This document shows positions 25,200-26,515 of a DNA stretch of 26,515 bases, piece by piece; position 1 is the stretch's first letter; every line of letters starts with the position of its first letter. Location: positions 1-26,515 of the IMG/VR virus record IMGVR_UViG_3300027883_000021; one strand, written 5' to 3'. The position numbers and the translations under genes are program-made. The DNA comes from a virus (Duplodnaviria; Caudoviricetes). A model generated the notes under the pieces. The model saw nothing but the letters and a program-made list of their open reading frames with translations, did no database searches and had not been told where the DNA came from.

Positions 25200-25464
25200 T
25201 ATTAAGACAATCTGCTATTAAGACAGTTGTATTAAGACAATAAGACAGTTGTAAGTGCTTGATATTGCAGTATTAAGACAATAAGACAGCTGAAAAGAGT
25301 AAGGTGCTGGGAAGCGTTATGGTGGGCGCAAAATGAACACCGACTACACACAGTTGTCTATACTTTATATTATTATTTATTACTGTCTTATTGTCTTATT
25401 GTCTTAATAGGGTCTTTTCGGTCAATAAAATCAACCACTTGGTATTAAGACACCTATTAAGACA
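25200..25464. repeat. Iteron array / putative origin of replication
   Basis: 11 copies of TAAGACA (mostly TATTAAGACA): 6 forward, 3 inverted, 2 forward. AT-rich tract at about 25357-25383; two exact IHF consensus boxes (25252-25264 on -, 25429-25441 on +). Confidence 0.8.
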
Positions 25465-25496
25465 GTAGAAAGAGCGGATTAATAGCATCATTGGGG

Positions 25497-25991
25497 TTAT
25501 GACGCAGCTTTGAGGGCTGCGTTAAGGTTTGTCACGGCGATTTGGTACGCCGCGAAGTCGACATTCTTGACCACAGTGCCTTCGCGCTTGATTTGAGCGG
25601 TTAGGGACTTGATACGTTCCACGGCGTCCAGCTCTTTGACAATCTGCGTGGCGGACTCCTCGTCAACATACCAAGCTGGAACCTCATTCGTGAGATACTC
25701 GACAAGGGCGTTACCGTCAGCATATTCAGCCTTCTTGCGCATAGACTTGTTCAGCTTGTGGGTGCAGTCTTTTTGCAGCTTGGCAAACCCGTTGGCACTA
25801 ACCCACTTGGCAATGCGCTTACGGTTTAACCCTGACGTGGCGGCGTACAGTTTATCCAGCGAAGACACGTCACCATGAACATAGGCATGGGCGGCGGCTG
25901 AGACTAGAACGACTTGCACGTTACTGCGGATTGCACTCGCGGATGTACGGATACCGGCGATCTTCTGGTTAAGTTGTTTAACAGATAGCAT
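25497..25991 (-). CDS. Conserved phage early protein
   Basis: AAAHAYVHGDVSSLDKL...NRKRIAKW pattern; AAAGGA RBS before ATG 25991; first gene of the leftward arm. Confidence 0.7.
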   Translation of the reverse strand: MLSVKQLNQKIAGIRTSASAIRSNVQVVLVSAAAHAYVHGDVSSLDKLYAATSGLNRKRIAKWVSANGFAKLQKDCTHKLNKSMRKKAEYADGNALVEYLTNEVPAWYVDEESATQIVKELDAVERIKSLTAQIKREGTVVKNVDFAAYQIAVTNLNAALKAAS

Positions 25992-26418
25992 TATGTGTCC
26001 TTTCTGAGACATGAGTTAGATACTTGGGTATTTGAAAACACACCGCGGCGATGTGCTTACAGATACCGCGCCCCATTGTCAGAGGGGTTGTGCGATATCC
26101 GACTATAATTCAACGTGCCTTTCCCATAGAATACAGGGTCAGGTAGGTACGTCCGCCGCCGTCAGGCTCACAAAGAGACAAGGGCAGCTGGAAACGTATC
26201 CCGCTTGTAAAACGATTGTCTCCCCGCACGCAGTGGCGGTTGACGCTTGAGAACCTTTGCCTTGCCCCGCACAAAACGCACGAGGGGCGACTACAATCCC
26301 GACAATCGAGTGAGTGGAACCTTACTAGGAGGGCATTTAACCAGTCTCAACAATGGCGGCGCGTAAACAGGAGGGGGGGAGGGACCGCAGGGGGTGGGCC
26401 ACCCACCTACCCCTTATG

Positions 26419-26432
26419 TATCACGTGTAACC
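26419..26432. promoter_or_regulatory. Putative operator (degenerate)
   Basis: TATCACGTGTAACC, in the non-coding control region at the head of the leftward arm. Confidence 0.35.
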
Positions 26433-26515
26433 CAAGCCAAATTTTGACCCTTTTTAAGTAGACAACACCTTATCCATTTAAATACGTCGGTATGCTTACC
26501 CGGGGAACGTAGCGA

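Noticed and set aside
25200-25464. CRISPR array
   Set aside because: Units are 7-10 bp, irregularly spaced and in both orientations, which is iteron-like.
26032-26461. Two + strand ORFs (72 and 81 aa) at the right end
   Set aside because: Non-ATG starts, no clear RBS and atypical composition; the region is better explained as non-coding control DNA.

Overview
A 26.5-kb segment of a temperate dsDNA tailed phage, probably infecting an alphaproteobacterium (inferred from the int/xis pair). It is in the free, unintegrated form: an intact attP sits next to the integrase, with a 17-bp core identical in form to a tRNA 3' end, four arm-type repeats and an IHF box. The + strand holds only the 3' part of a very large virion/polyvalent-type protein (open from base 2) followed by a structured 3' UTR and terminator. 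Everything from 4329 to about 26000 is on the - strand: integrase and Xis-like gene; a replication module (AEP primase-DUF927 helicase, SSB-like protein, AlpA-like HTH, SNF2 helicase, HNH, VRR-NUC, Cas4-like exonuclease, family A DNA polymerase); small regulators; a MoxR-type AAA+/DUF3150-like/Zn-ribbon/vWA-metallopeptidase module; small early genes; an iteron-rich putative origin; and a ~500-bp non-coding end. The most interesting non-obvious signals are a two-hairpin 3'-UTR RNA with anti-Shine-Dalgarno segments complementary to the integrase RBS, a dispersed 14-bp palindromic operator (GTTTAC-RY-GTAAAC) overlapping sigma70 promoters, and several <60-aa genes missed by the ORF track, including a C2H2-like zinc finger. 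All family calls come from motif recognition by eye; no database searches were run.
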